This document shows positions 28,170 through 37,782 of a stretch of DNA of 64,000 nt, piece by piece. The DNA is from a bacterium (GTDB taxonomy: Bacteria; UBA10199; 2-02-FULL-44-16; DYJF01). Made by a program: the position numbers and the translations under genes. Positions within the stretch are counted from its first letter, which is position 1; each line of letters opens with the position of its first letter. Location of the stretch: positions 5,846 to 69,845 of the forward strand of contig JBGSNL010000003.1 of the NCBI GenBank assembly GCA_041739675.1. The letters run 5' to 3'. Below the pieces are notes generated by a model. It did not search any database. It saw only the letters and a program-made list of their open reading frames with translations, and was not told the origin of the DNA.

Positions 28170-28234
28170 GAGAAAAACCCTAGCGCAATTTCAATAAATG
28201 AGTATAGTAGGATCGCTTTATATAGCAAGGACTT

Positions 28235-29719
28235 ATGAGCATATTTTCCGACATTCTCTCCCAGCCGGCCGTTGTGGCGGCGATAGCCGTCGTCTTCATT
28301 ATATACTGGAGGATCGCGGCGAGAAGCACAAAGTTTCCGCATATACCGCTGGGTCTTTTCATACTTTACCTTCTGATTGATTTTGCGCGGATATTGCTGC
28401 TGTCTTACAACCTGCCTCAATGGGCGGCCCGTCTGGATCTCATCTCGATCATAGTCCTTTACTGCGCGGCGGCGCGTCTTGTCTTTTATGTCTTTGTCGA
28501 TATCTGGCTCACGCGCAAGCTCAAGTTCCAGCTTCCTAAAATCACGAGGGATGTGGCGCTTGCCGTCATATTTGCCGTCATCGTCATAATTCTTCTCCAC
28601 AAAAAAGGTGGCGTGAACCTCGCCTCACTTATCACCACGTCCGCCGTCCTTACGATGGTCATAGGTCTTGCGCTGCAGGACACGCTTGGAAATCTCTTTT
28701 CGGGGCTGGCGCTTCAAACCGAAAAACTCCTTCAGATCGGGGAGTGGATATCGTTCCGCGAACACGTGGGGCAGGTTGTGGGGATGACGTGGAAATCCAC
28801 GCTCATAAAGACGCTGGAAAACGAGATCGTCTATATTCCCAACAACGTGATCTCCAAAGAGATCGTGAAAAATTATTCGCGGCCGGAACCCTCCCATGTG
28901 GCATACATAGAGATAGGTATTCAGTACGAGGCGCCGCCCAACAAGGTGCGGGAAGTCATTTTAGACACCCTTGCGGAGTATGACAAGGTTCTGAAAGTTC
29001 CGCCTCCGCAAGTTCGTCTCATCATGTTCGGCGACCACGCGATAACTTATCAGATAAGATTCTGGAACAACGATTTCGGCGGGGAGAAGCTTCTCAAAGC
29101 CGAGATCATGAACATGCTCTGGTACGCGTTTAAGCGCAATGGCATACAGATCCCGTTCCCGATAAGGGATGTGCGTTTCCATCACGTCGAGCGGGCGAAT
29201 GAGGAACATAAAAGAGAGGGGATTCGCTCAGCTATTACGGCGAAGCTCAAAAATATTCCTGTCCTTACGCCGCTTCCGCCCGAGGACATCGAGCTTCTGG
29301 CAAAGCGTGTTTCATTTGAACTTTTTGGAAACGGCGAATCGATCGTCCATCAGGACGAGCTAGGCGATTCGATGTATATCATACACAGCGGCGGCTGCGA
29401 CATCGTCTTGGAGGGCGGTGAGAGAAAAGTCGTTGCCACTTTGAAGGAAGGGGATTTCTTTGGAGAGATGAGTTTGCTCACCGGCGAGCGGCGCACGGCG
29501 ACCGTCGTTGCGAAAGGCGACACAGAGGTTTTCATGATCGACAAAAAATCTTTTGCCGATATCCTAAAGGCTCATCCGGCCATCTCGGAAACACTGGGGC
29601 AGGCGCTTGTCACGCGCCAGACCTATCTTGCCGCAATGCAGGGCAGAAAAGAAGCTCCCTCGCCATCAGCCACCTCGCAGCTCGTATCCAAGATCAAATC
29701 ATTTTTTGGAATTGGATAA
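28235..29719 (+). CDS. Mechanosensitive channel (MscS family) fused to a C-terminal cyclic-nucleotide-binding domain
   Basis: N-terminal TM helices and an MscS-like core. C-terminal CAP-type cNMP-binding signature GDFFGEMSLLTGERRTATVVA. Confidence 0.75.
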   Translation: MSIFSDILSQPAVVAAIAVVFIIYWRIAARSTKFPHIPLGLFILYLLIDFARILLLSYNLPQWAARLDLISIIVLYCAAARLVFYVFVDIWLTRKLKFQLPKITRDVALAVIFAVIVIILLHKKGGVNLASLITTSAVLTMVIGLALQDTLGNLFSGLALQTEKLLQIGEWISFREHVGQVVGMTWKSTLIKTLENEIVYIPNNVISKEIVKNYSRPEPSHVAYIEIGIQYEAPPNKVREVILDTLAEYDKVLKVPPPQVRLIMFGDHAITYQIRFWNNDFGGEKLLKAEIMNMLWYAFKRNGIQIPFPIRDVRFHHVERANEEHKREGIRSAITAKLKNIPVLTPLPPEDIELLAKRVSFELFGNGESIVHQDELGDSMYIIHSGGCDIVLEGGERKVVATLKEGDFFGEMSLLTGERRTATVVAKGDTEVFMIDKKSFADILKAHPAISETLGQALVTRQTYLAAMQGRKEAPSPSATSQLVSKIKSFFGIG

Positions 29720-31429
29720 CAGCTTTTCGCTTGCAGCCAGACGGGCGCGGATATCCCGCTCATATACATCGAAATCGATAGTCTTGTAGCCCAATATGTC
29801 CGCGACTTCGTCGGCCGTGAGCTTGTCGCCGGCAAAAAAGAGTTTGTCCTTCAGAAATTTCCCGACATCCTTGTTTTCGTGCCATTTCCCGCCAAATTTC
29901 TCGGAGAGGGTATCATCGATTTGCGTGGCCAAAACGAACGAGCGGACGTAATCGACCGCGTAAAGGAACTCGTCGATATCGGTTAAATATCTTTCAGAGT
30001 CGGTGGCTTCCATCGGGAAGCCGTATGCTTTTTCAAAAAGTGTGCGATACATCTCCCGCTTGTCGGTGCTCTGCCCGTTGTAGATTCCGGCCCACCACTT
30101 GGGATCGTCGCCGTGATATGCCGATTCATAAACGAGCTTCGCGCCGCCGTATCTGCGCATGAAATAAAGATCGTTGAAGAGGGCGAAGCGCACAAGCTTT
30201 GCAATGTCGACATCGGTCAGTACGGGAACCTTTTTGTCGGCGGGCTGCTTTTTGTTCCACTCCACGATGAAATCGCGGTAGTAGCGCAGGAAATCGGGGT
30301 CCGAAAAACGGCCTTCGAAAAGACCCGCATAGGCCTCCGTTGCGGCGTAATCGCCCAGATATTTGAAGGCCCACTCGGGAACCGTCGTGTTGGCAAAATG
30401 TTCGGCGTGGCCCGTTTCATGGAAGAGAGGTGTGAAATCGCCGATGCCGCCCTGGGGGGCTATCGTCATCCTTATGTCGGAAGGGACGACAATGTTGTAG
30501 CACGCGGCGCGCGGATTTTTCTTGGGCCGCTGTTCGTCGTCCAAGAGAATCTGGTGGCCGTCCGCAGTCGTGAAATCAAGCCCTATGTCCGCCAGAAAAT
30601 ATTTGAGGAACGGGACCATCGCGTCGGCCGGAAAATAAGAGACGTAAGTATCGAGGCGGAAGATTTTCTGGAGATCGCTTCTTCGCATGTCCTCAACCTT
30701 CATGTTCAAAAGATCTTTTGCGTGTTCGGCGAGAAGCGTTTTGTAAATCGAATCGGTCTTCTTTCCAAAGTTATCTGCGTCCCTGATGATTTTTTTGAAA
30801 TCCTTAACGTTTCGCGCCTCAAGAGAGAAATCGAGATACGATTTATAGCCCAGGCTCTTTATTATCTCGTGGGCCTTCGCATCGCGCTCGGCGACAATGG
30901 GGTTGAGTTTCTCGCGCTGGACTTCGGCAGTCAGAAGCTGGAGCTCCTTGCGTTTTTTGGCGTCGTTCTCCTTGGCCATGACTATGGGGATCTCGCGGTA
31001 CGCCACCTCTTTTTTCAGCCACGGCACTTTTACGGTGGTTTTGGATTCCGTGTTGGTGAGTTTGTCGTCGAGCGAGACGACCTCGCGCCCGACGTGCTGC
31101 TCAACCAGATAATCCTTGAAATATGTCCGCGCGCGCTTCTCGTCTGGGGAGATTCCGGGTTCATTCATTTTTTCGTCCACGAACTTGATGGCGTCGGGCG
31201 TGAAGAGCCACTCGTAGCCTTTGTAGGTCGATTCAAAATCCACCGGCGTGCCCTTGATGCGGTTATTCCAAGACATCGTGGCCTGCGTGCGCATGAGTTC
31301 GTCGGCGGCTGAAATCATTTTGTCGAGTGTAAGTGGCCCCTGCGGTTTGGATTTGCCGGCGACCGATAAGCCTGAGTTCATAATCATTGCTGCCCCCATT
31401 AGAATTGTTAAATAAATTTTTAGACGCAT
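29699..31429 (-). CDS. Secreted zinc metallopeptidase (HExxH; M3/M32-like oligopeptidase)
   Basis: Start chosen at MRLKIYLTILMGAAMIMNSGLSVA (signal peptide). HETGHAEHF zinc-binding motif. Confidence 0.5.
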   Translation of the reverse strand: MRLKIYLTILMGAAMIMNSGLSVAGKSKPQGPLTLDKMISAADELMRTQATMSWNNRIKGTPVDFESTYKGYEWLFTPDAIKFVDEKMNEPGISPDEKRARTYFKDYLVEQHVGREVVSLDDKLTNTESKTTVKVPWLKKEVAYREIPIVMAKENDAKKRKELQLLTAEVQREKLNPIVAERDAKAHEIIKSLGYKSYLDFSLEARNVKDFKKIIRDADNFGKKTDSIYKTLLAEHAKDLLNMKVEDMRRSDLQKIFRLDTYVSYFPADAMVPFLKYFLADIGLDFTTADGHQILLDDEQRPKKNPRAACYNIVVPSDIRMTIAPQGGIGDFTPLFHETGHAEHFANTTVPEWAFKYLGDYAATEAYAGLFEGRFSDPDFLRYYRDFIVEWNKKQPADKKVPVLTDVDIAKLVRFALFNDLYFMRRYGGAKLVYESAYHGDDPKWWAGIYNGQSTDKREMYRTLFEKAYGFPMEATDSERYLTDIDEFLYAVDYVRSFVLATQIDDTLSEKFGGKWHENKDVGKFLKDKLFFAGDKLTADEVADILGYKTIDFDVYERDIRARLAASEKLLSNSKK

Positions 31430-31541
31430 GGTTTTCCTCCCGTTTGTAAAGTTCTGATAGCCCAAGCTCTTTCCAGAGTCCACCCTTTTCCTTTGACAGG
31501 TCAAACGGGCGCAATTACGCTTGGAAACGCGGAGGTGATTT

Positions 31542-31712
31542 ATGCAAATTACACGCAGACAATTCGGGCTGGCGATGGTCCTTGGAGCTTTGGCATTGGC
31601 ACTTTCAAGGATGTTCGGATTTCTTTTCCATAAGAGACCGGCTGACAGGGAAGTTTCGGGCGGAGGATACCCCGCCAAATACTGGAAACGCGCGGATCAT
31701 TTGGGCGGATAG
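31542..31712 (+). CDS. 56-codon small ORF encoding a twin-arginine-type signal peptide (leader/uORF or 5' duplication remnant)
   Basis: GGAGGTG RBS 4 nt before the ATG. MQITRRQFGLAMVLGALALALS is Tat-like (TRRQF followed by an h-region). Ends 20 nt before the Memo-AMMECR1 start. Confidence 0.3.
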   Translation: MQITRRQFGLAMVLGALALALSRMFGFLFHKRPADREVSGGGYPAKYWKRADHLGG

Positions 31713-31731
31713 TGTAAGCAAAGGGGGCGCC

Positions 31732-33201
31732 ATGCAGAGACGCAACGTTTTTTATATCTTGCTTGCGGCGTGTCTTCTTTTTCCGGGCGAGGGCTGCTCC
31801 AAGGTTAAGGCCCCGGCCGAAAAGAAGGCGGAACAGACAGTCGTGAAACCCGCAGTTGCGGGGGCGTTTTATCCCGCCGACAAAGAGATATTAAGCACGA
31901 CAATCGAAAAATATTTGAACGAGGCCGCTCCTGCGCCTGTGAGCGAGCACATATTCGGTATCGCGGTCCCGCACGCGGGTTATCAATATTCGGGGCCGGT
32001 CGCGGCATACGCCTACAAATCGATAGAGGGGAAAAAATATTCGACTGTTGTCGTCATGGCCCCGTCACATCGGGTCGGTTTTGAAGGTATCGCCCTCACG
32101 ACAAAGGATTTTTACGAGACGCCGCTGGGCCGGATCCCCATCGCAAAAGAGCTCTCGCAAAAACTCATGAGCGATTTTTCCTGGGCCAAAGACGATCCGC
32201 GCCCATACGGTATTGAGCATTCACTTGAGGTGGAGCTCCCCTTTTTGCAGACGGTGCTCAAAGATTTCAAAGTCCTTCCCATAATAGTCGGCGTTACAAA
32301 TCCCAACATGCTTTCAAAGCTGGCGGCAAAATTGAACGAGATGCTCCCCGGCGGGGATGTCCTTTTTGTCGCGAGCACCGATCTTTCCCACTACCACCCT
32401 TATAATGATGCGGCGGCGAGGGATAAAAAGACCATAAAAATCATCGAGGATATGAACGTTGCGGCGTTCGCTGCGGCGGAACTGAAGGGGGAGGCCGAGC
32501 TTTGCGGCGGCGCACCTGTCGAAACGCTCATGGAGATCGCAAAGCTTAGAAAGGGCAAGGCGAAGCTTGTGAAATACGCCAACTCCGGCGACGTTACGGG
32601 CGACAAGTCGCGCGTCGTGGGCTACGGGGCTTTTGTGTTCACAGGCGGGGCGGCAGCGGAAGAGGGTGCTCTTTCGGAGACGCAGAAAAAAACGCTGCTC
32701 GCGATTGCGAGAAATTCGATCGAGGCCGAGGTGTCAGGAAAGCCGCAGCCAAAGTTTGACATAAAAGATCCCGTTCTTCTCAAAGACGGCGCGGCATTTG
32801 TGACCATCAGGGAACACGGGGATTTGAGGGGCTGCATCGGCCACATCATGGCGGTGGGGCCGCTTTACAAATCGGTGCGCGATAACGCCGCCTCCGCGGC
32901 ATCGCAGGACCCGCGTTTTCCTCCGGTGAGGCCGGATGAACTTAAAAATATCGATCTTGAAATATCGGTTCTCACGCCGCCAGAGCCTCTTTTAAAACCG
33001 ATGGATGTCAGGATCGGAACCGACGGTCTCATCATACAAAAAGGATATAACCGCGGAGTCCTTCTGCCGCAGGTTCCCGGCGAGCAGGGCTGGGGAAAAG
33101 AAGAGTTTCTGGAAGGTATCTGCCGCAAGGCCGGCATGTCCGCCGGCTGCTGGAAAGACGCCAACCTCATGCGCTTCCAGGCTATCGTTTTTCATGAATA
33201 A
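31732..33201 (+). CDS. Memo-like (AmrB) and AMMECR1 (AmrA) fusion protein with an N-terminal signal-like segment
   Basis: Memo motifs AGAFYP, APSHRVGFEG and DLSHYH. C-terminal AMMECR1 motif LRGCIGHI. N-terminus MQRRNVFYILLAACLLFPG is signal-peptide-like. Confidence 0.75.
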   Translation: MQRRNVFYILLAACLLFPGEGCSKVKAPAEKKAEQTVVKPAVAGAFYPADKEILSTTIEKYLNEAAPAPVSEHIFGIAVPHAGYQYSGPVAAYAYKSIEGKKYSTVVVMAPSHRVGFEGIALTTKDFYETPLGRIPIAKELSQKLMSDFSWAKDDPRPYGIEHSLEVELPFLQTVLKDFKVLPIIVGVTNPNMLSKLAAKLNEMLPGGDVLFVASTDLSHYHPYNDAAARDKKTIKIIEDMNVAAFAAAELKGEAELCGGAPVETLMEIAKLRKGKAKLVKYANSGDVTGDKSRVVGYGAFVFTGGAAAEEGALSETQKKTLLAIARNSIEAEVSGKPQPKFDIKDPVLLKDGAAFVTIREHGDLRGCIGHIMAVGPLYKSVRDNAASAASQDPRFPPVRPDELKNIDLEISVLTPPEPLLKPMDVRIGTDGLIIQKGYNRGVLLPQVPGEQGWGKEEFLEGICRKAGMSAGCWKDANLMRFQAIVFHE

Positions 33202-33210
33202 AATGTTTGG

Positions 33211-35031
33211 CTATTGCGCTGTGCCCAGTTTCTGCCGGATGGAAGTGATCATTCCCGATATCTCTGCGTCCTGTTGCATGTCGGCGGGCATCAGTTGAAA
33301 CATGCTTTCAAAGAATTGCTTTGTGAAGTCGGAGGGTCTTCCATTAAGCGTAAATCCGTCGGCGACTACATGTAACGCTTCAGTAGCAGTATTTCTTTTT
33401 CCCAGAATCCAATCTATGCTTGATGTTATGAATAAAAATTCAATTTTAGAGATATCAAAAAATGTTTCGTCGCCAAAAGTCTTTACCAATGGATTTCCCA
33501 TCCATTTTTTAACTATGTAAACCGTCAAATTGTGTTGCACGTCATTGCGGTTTTCAGACTTCAATTGGAGACAGTGAGCGAGATCATTTATTGCCATGCT
33601 CAAATTCCCCTTTTGTAACCAGATAGTGCCACGGACAAAAAAGTAGTTTGAAGATGAGTAGATGTCGATGGCTTGTGTGCAAAAGTCTATTGCATCATCT
33701 AATGAATTCATTTGCCGCGAAATATTGCTAAGGGCGAGAAGTGCGTTAGCATTCATGTCATCCAACAGAATTGCCGTGCGCGCAGCATCTTCGGCTGCTG
33801 CTAAATTGTTATCTTGCACCAATAGGCAAGCTGAATTTGAATAAAATATGCTTAATGCTTGGCGCAATGCTAGAGGGAAATTTTTGCGATATTGCGCATC
33901 GCTTTGATAAAATATTGGATCAAAGAGACGTCGTTGATTATCAAGTTGCAGGCTGATGCAGAAATGATTGAAATCCGGATTGGATTTTGTCGCTCTCTCA
34001 AGTAGGGTGTTAGATCGTGTTCTGAGGCTTTCAGGGCCATCTAACAACGCGACGTCTTCCACTCCAAGACTTACCTGAAGAAATATGGGGTTGAGCCCAG
34101 CAGTTTCAAATACCGAAAAAAGGATCTTGGAGACCTCTGAACAATCTCCCTCGGTCCTATTAATGGCTTCTAGTGCCGTGTATTCCACCTCATTATATTT
34201 CGGACGCAGGCCGCCTCGACGCACGAGAAAATTTGCGAATTCTCCGAATTCAAATTTATTCAGTTCTTCGTTGGCGTAAAGCAAAAAATCCGGATTCAGT
34301 GTGGACAAGCCGGCAGGAGGAGTCGTTGTAAGCCAAAAAAGACCAAAGGCAAGCCGCTTTTTATATTCCTCCGTTCCTTCTACAAAGCCCTTTCTTGTTA
34401 TGATATCCTTTAGCAGGTTGATTGCGTCTGTCACTTTCGTTTGAATATCTTCATCAAAAGTTGTTTCCGGATTCAAGTCGTCGAGCACCCACGGGAGGGG
34501 ATGGCCAAGTGTGGCCTCTATGAGATTTCGAAAACGCTCATAGTTGTTCATGGCATATTCAAAGACCTCTTGAGAATCTATTTTCAGGTCATTGGCCCCT
34601 TTGATGCAGGATTTTTCTTCCTGTGACGCACAATATTTGCCGTCGAAATTTATGACATTGTAACCTTTATCAATATCACTTTGCGCAACCCCTTCTCTCA
34701 AAAGACCCTGATATAATTTGTATGCCTGCGGATTGTCCGACTCCTCAAAATTTAACGTTATCCTCGGAGCGGACGGCTCGCTTCCTTTATTTGTACAACC
34801 CGCTCCGAAAAGCATGAAGGGCCAGCCGAAAACTATTGCGGGGAGCATTGCTGGTTTTTCAGCATAGAAATCATAAACAGTTTTTACTCCATCAACGATT
34901 GCGCCCGGCGCAGCATCAACGGTTTCTTTTGCCGTCTCCGCTATGGTTTCAAGATCCGTGCAGTAATCGCCTATGCACGCCTCGTAATTGAATGGATTTA
35001 GGTCGCTCCAGCTGATGCCGCCAGAATACAT
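33211..35031 (-). CDS. Family member A: conserved N-terminal module (MYSGGISWSDLNPFNYEACIGDYCTDLETIAE), an internal hydrophobic segment and TPR-like repeats
   Basis: RBS GGAGGAAAC then ATG. 32-residue N-terminal near-identity with the 42247-44529 protein. No Sec signal. TPR-like C-terminal half. Visibly more A/T-rich than its neighbours. Confidence 0.6.
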   Translation of the reverse strand: MYSGGISWSDLNPFNYEACIGDYCTDLETIAETAKETVDAAPGAIVDGVKTVYDFYAEKPAMLPAIVFGWPFMLFGAGCTNKGSEPSAPRITLNFEESDNPQAYKLYQGLLREGVAQSDIDKGYNVINFDGKYCASQEEKSCIKGANDLKIDSQEVFEYAMNNYERFRNLIEATLGHPLPWVLDDLNPETTFDEDIQTKVTDAINLLKDIITRKGFVEGTEEYKKRLAFGLFWLTTTPPAGLSTLNPDFLLYANEELNKFEFGEFANFLVRRGGLRPKYNEVEYTALEAINRTEGDCSEVSKILFSVFETAGLNPIFLQVSLGVEDVALLDGPESLRTRSNTLLERATKSNPDFNHFCISLQLDNQRRLFDPIFYQSDAQYRKNFPLALRQALSIFYSNSACLLVQDNNLAAAEDAARTAILLDDMNANALLALSNISRQMNSLDDAIDFCTQAIDIYSSSNYFFVRGTIWLQKGNLSMAINDLAHCLQLKSENRNDVQHNLTVYIVKKWMGNPLVKTFGDETFFDISKIEFLFITSSIDWILGKRNTATEALHVVADGFTLNGRPSDFTKQFFESMFQLMPADMQQDAEISGMITSIRQKLGTAQ

Positions 35032-35104
35032 GTTTCCTCCTGTCAATCCTGTCAGGGATAGGTCATATCTAATTGATCGGGCGATGTATAGAGGAAATTG
35101 GGCC

Positions 35105-35141
35105 AAAAAAAAGGCCACTTGGTTGCCCAAGCGGCCCTTTT
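35105..35141 (-). terminator. Bidirectional Rho-independent terminator between the BNR lipoprotein gene and gene A
   Basis: 10 bp stem GGCCACTTGG / CCAAGCGGCC with loop TTGC. A-run on one side and T-run on the other. Confidence 0.65.
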
Positions 35142-35155
35142 TGGTTTCATTTCAA

Positions 35156-37753
35156 TTAGTGCGTTATTATCATCGGACTCAATGGCCTTGTCATGACTCT
35201 GAATGAGCTCGAAGGTTCAGTCGGCGTTTCCTCCGATGTCGGCGGAGCGGCCCCAACATCCACGCCACCCATGGTAGAACCGTCTCCGACTGCAGAGACT
35301 TTGTAGGTCACCTTAGCACCGGAAACAGTTGCTGCGATGGCGACGCTTCTCACTTCGCCCAGGTCAACCGCTTCGGGTGAATTGAGTACCGACCAGAACT
35401 CTCCGCCGTTGCGTGTGACCGCCATGCCAGTCGCTGTTCCTGCGAGAACGACCGGTCCGGTCTCATCCTGATTGTAAGCGGGATCGATTGCCAGTGATAG
35501 AACTGGGCCGGCAAGAGTCCCGGTTGTTTTCGTCCAGTTTGCGCTATCTTTATTGCTCACGTATACGCCGTCATCGGTTCCTGCGAAGAGCATGTCCGAC
35601 TTGGCGTCATAGGCGATGCTGTACACCGGTTGCGTACCGTCAAGCGCTCCACCTACAAACTGTGCCCAGCCTATTCCATTGCCGCTTTCGTTGACGTAGA
35701 CTCCACTGTTGGTTGCGGCGAAGATTTTTGTTCCGACTTCTTCCAAGTCATGCGCAACCTTTGAACCGTCTCTCGAATAGACGCCGTTCGTATCTTGATT
35801 TCTTGCCCCGATCCACGGTGTTCGCACTCTGTCCGCCGCGTGCTTGGCGGCATCCTCGGTAACGAGTATTCCGCGGTCATAGGCAACGATCAGGCGGCCG
35901 TCTTCTTTTGCTATCATGTCGCAAATCTGCCCCATCGAAACGATGTCGGCTGAGCTTGGTGCGTTGGAGATGCCGGTCTGTGTCTTGCCCGCGCACGTCT
36001 TATGGCTGCCCGAATATCCATCTCTCCTTGCGTAGAAGAAGATGTCGAACGGTTTCCAATCGCTGTCTTTTTCTCCTCCATTAGTTGTATACATGATGAG
36101 ACCGGTTGTGCCTACGTAAACAACGTTCGGATCGCCCTTTTTCACCGCGATGGCGTTCACGGGATAGGTTTTCACATAATTTGAGAAGAAATTGTTGTTC
36201 TGCCAGAGACCTCCGAGTTCAAAGGCATTCTTTATCGGATCCTCTATGCCGATGCCGTCCGCAAGTTCCTTGCTATCGGCAAAATTGCTCAGGCGATATA
36301 CTGAAATTTCACCGAATGCTTCGCGTTTCACGCCGTAATAGAAACGGCTTGCATCATTGGGATCGGCTATGACGCGTGTCACGGGCAATGCGTCACCAAC
36401 ACCGCCATGGAAGAACTGATGGCTCATCATCGGGATGATGCTCTGGATAGGATGTTGTGTCTCGGGAGTAGAAATTCCGATACGATTAATGACAATCGGG
36501 ATTCCCGACAAATCCGGGACCCTTGCTTTCACCTTTGTTCCTGCGACGAGATCTGCCTTATTAACGGCCTTACCGCCAACCGTGAGAGAGTCGATTCCGC
36601 TCACCGTTGCGGCGTCAGCCTGCACTTCAATCTCAACTTCTTCGGAGACGAAAGCCCACGGGCCGGCCTTGATGTCGAGGGCTGTCGTGTTGCCGCTCTG
36701 AAGGGCTACGACGACTGCGGCGCGGGCGCTATTCTCGCCCACCTGAGCGATCATGTCGAAGCGTGTATCAGAGGTCAGCGTGCAGAGGCTGTCCTGCATT
36801 CCGCCGGTCAAAACCTGTGCGGTCGGGAGCGCGGGCTCGCACGTCACGGGCTTGTCTGCTGTTACAGTCACCTGTGCACTTGCGGGGATCGCTTCATAAT
36901 GGACCGTTACTTGATCGGTGAAATTTGGAACCGTCACCAACGCTTCTTGTCCGTTGGCAGTGATCGTCGCTCTGATGTTGGATGCGTTGACCTGAATCGT
37001 GACGTCGTCGGTCTTTTCCTGACCGTCGGCGCATATGGCCTCAACAGTGTATTTCGTCGTCGCGGAAGGCGTCACCGTAGCTTCGCCTGACGTCGGGAAC
37101 GTATCGGCAACCGGCGTTCCGTCAGCTGCCACAACAGTTACCTGCGTCACGTCCGGACTTGCCGTCCATGTGATCGTCGTCGGGTCGCCGGCATTTACAG
37201 GAGTATCGCCTGCGCCGGATACGATGTCTACCGAACATTCGGATGCCGCAACTACAGCTACTGTAATAGTAGCCTGCGAGGTCACCGGTCCTGTCGGTAC
37301 AGGGTTCTCGGAAGGTGTTGGAACCGGCGGTTCTCCCGGAAGCGGTATCTGACCGGACTTGGACAGTTTGGATATGACGACTATCGCAGCCGCGCTTTCA
37401 TCGGCCGCCGCAAAAGTCTTGGATGCGGTGAGGATAAAGTCCGTCGTGTTCGTTATGCCATCCACCTGTGTGGAGCCCGAAAGCTCTTCAAAGGGGCCGG
37501 CATGGAACTGGAACACACCCTCCGGTGCTGATGCGACCTCTATCGAGTCCGCGTCCTCCACTTCCCAGTAGATCGTCGTGGATCCGCCAAGCGGAACCTG
37601 AGGCGGATCGGCCCTGAAGACCTTGATCACCGGTGGAGGCGGCGTGATATTCGCGCTCTGGCCGAGCTGAAGCTCGCCGTCGGAGCACGCGGCTGCGAAG
37701 GCCGCAATCGCGACCACCGCTATCATCCGCCATATTTTCGTTGTGTTCATCAT
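35156..37753 (-). CDS. Large lipoprotein with Ig-like domains and BNR/Asp-box (Ycf48/sortilin-like) beta-propeller repeats
   Basis: MMNTTKIWRMIAVVAIAAFAAAC is a lipoprotein signal. Repeated S-x-D-x-G-x-x-W-type Asp-box motifs (TNGGEKDSDW, SNKDSANWTK, TRNGGEFWSV). Thr/Val-rich Ig-like repeats. Confidence 0.6.
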   Translation of the reverse strand: MMNTTKIWRMIAVVAIAAFAAACSDGELQLGQSANITPPPPVIKVFRADPPQVPLGGSTTIYWEVEDADSIEVASAPEGVFQFHAGPFEELSGSTQVDGITNTTDFILTASKTFAAADESAAAIVVISKLSKSGQIPLPGEPPVPTPSENPVPTGPVTSQATITVAVVAASECSVDIVSGAGDTPVNAGDPTTITWTASPDVTQVTVVAADGTPVADTFPTSGEATVTPSATTKYTVEAICADGQEKTDDVTIQVNASNIRATITANGQEALVTVPNFTDQVTVHYEAIPASAQVTVTADKPVTCEPALPTAQVLTGGMQDSLCTLTSDTRFDMIAQVGENSARAAVVVALQSGNTTALDIKAGPWAFVSEEVEIEVQADAATVSGIDSLTVGGKAVNKADLVAGTKVKARVPDLSGIPIVINRIGISTPETQHPIQSIIPMMSHQFFHGGVGDALPVTRVIADPNDASRFYYGVKREAFGEISVYRLSNFADSKELADGIGIEDPIKNAFELGGLWQNNNFFSNYVKTYPVNAIAVKKGDPNVVYVGTTGLIMYTTNGGEKDSDWKPFDIFFYARRDGYSGSHKTCAGKTQTGISNAPSSADIVSMGQICDMIAKEDGRLIVAYDRGILVTEDAAKHAADRVRTPWIGARNQDTNGVYSRDGSKVAHDLEEVGTKIFAATNSGVYVNESGNGIGWAQFVGGALDGTQPVYSIAYDAKSDMLFAGTDDGVYVSNKDSANWTKTTGTLAGPVLSLAIDPAYNQDETGPVVLAGTATGMAVTRNGGEFWSVLNSPEAVDLGEVRSVAIAATVSGAKVTYKVSAVGDGSTMGGVDVGAAPPTSEETPTEPSSSFRVMTRPLSPMIITH

Positions 37754-37782
37754 ATCCTAAGCCCCTTTCTTCCTTAGATTGC

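Noticed and set aside
29699-31678. Longer N-terminal extensions on the peptidase (start 31678), polyferredoxin (22194), 837-aa lipoprotein (26734), TSP3 protein (54451), aminotransferase (44652), DHS-like (49711), queD (55257) and SDR (54460) genes
   Set aside because: In each case an internal Met with a good Shine-Dalgarno sequence gives a canonical signal peptide or the conserved family N-terminus. The upstream extensions are low-complexity and overlap neighbouring genes.
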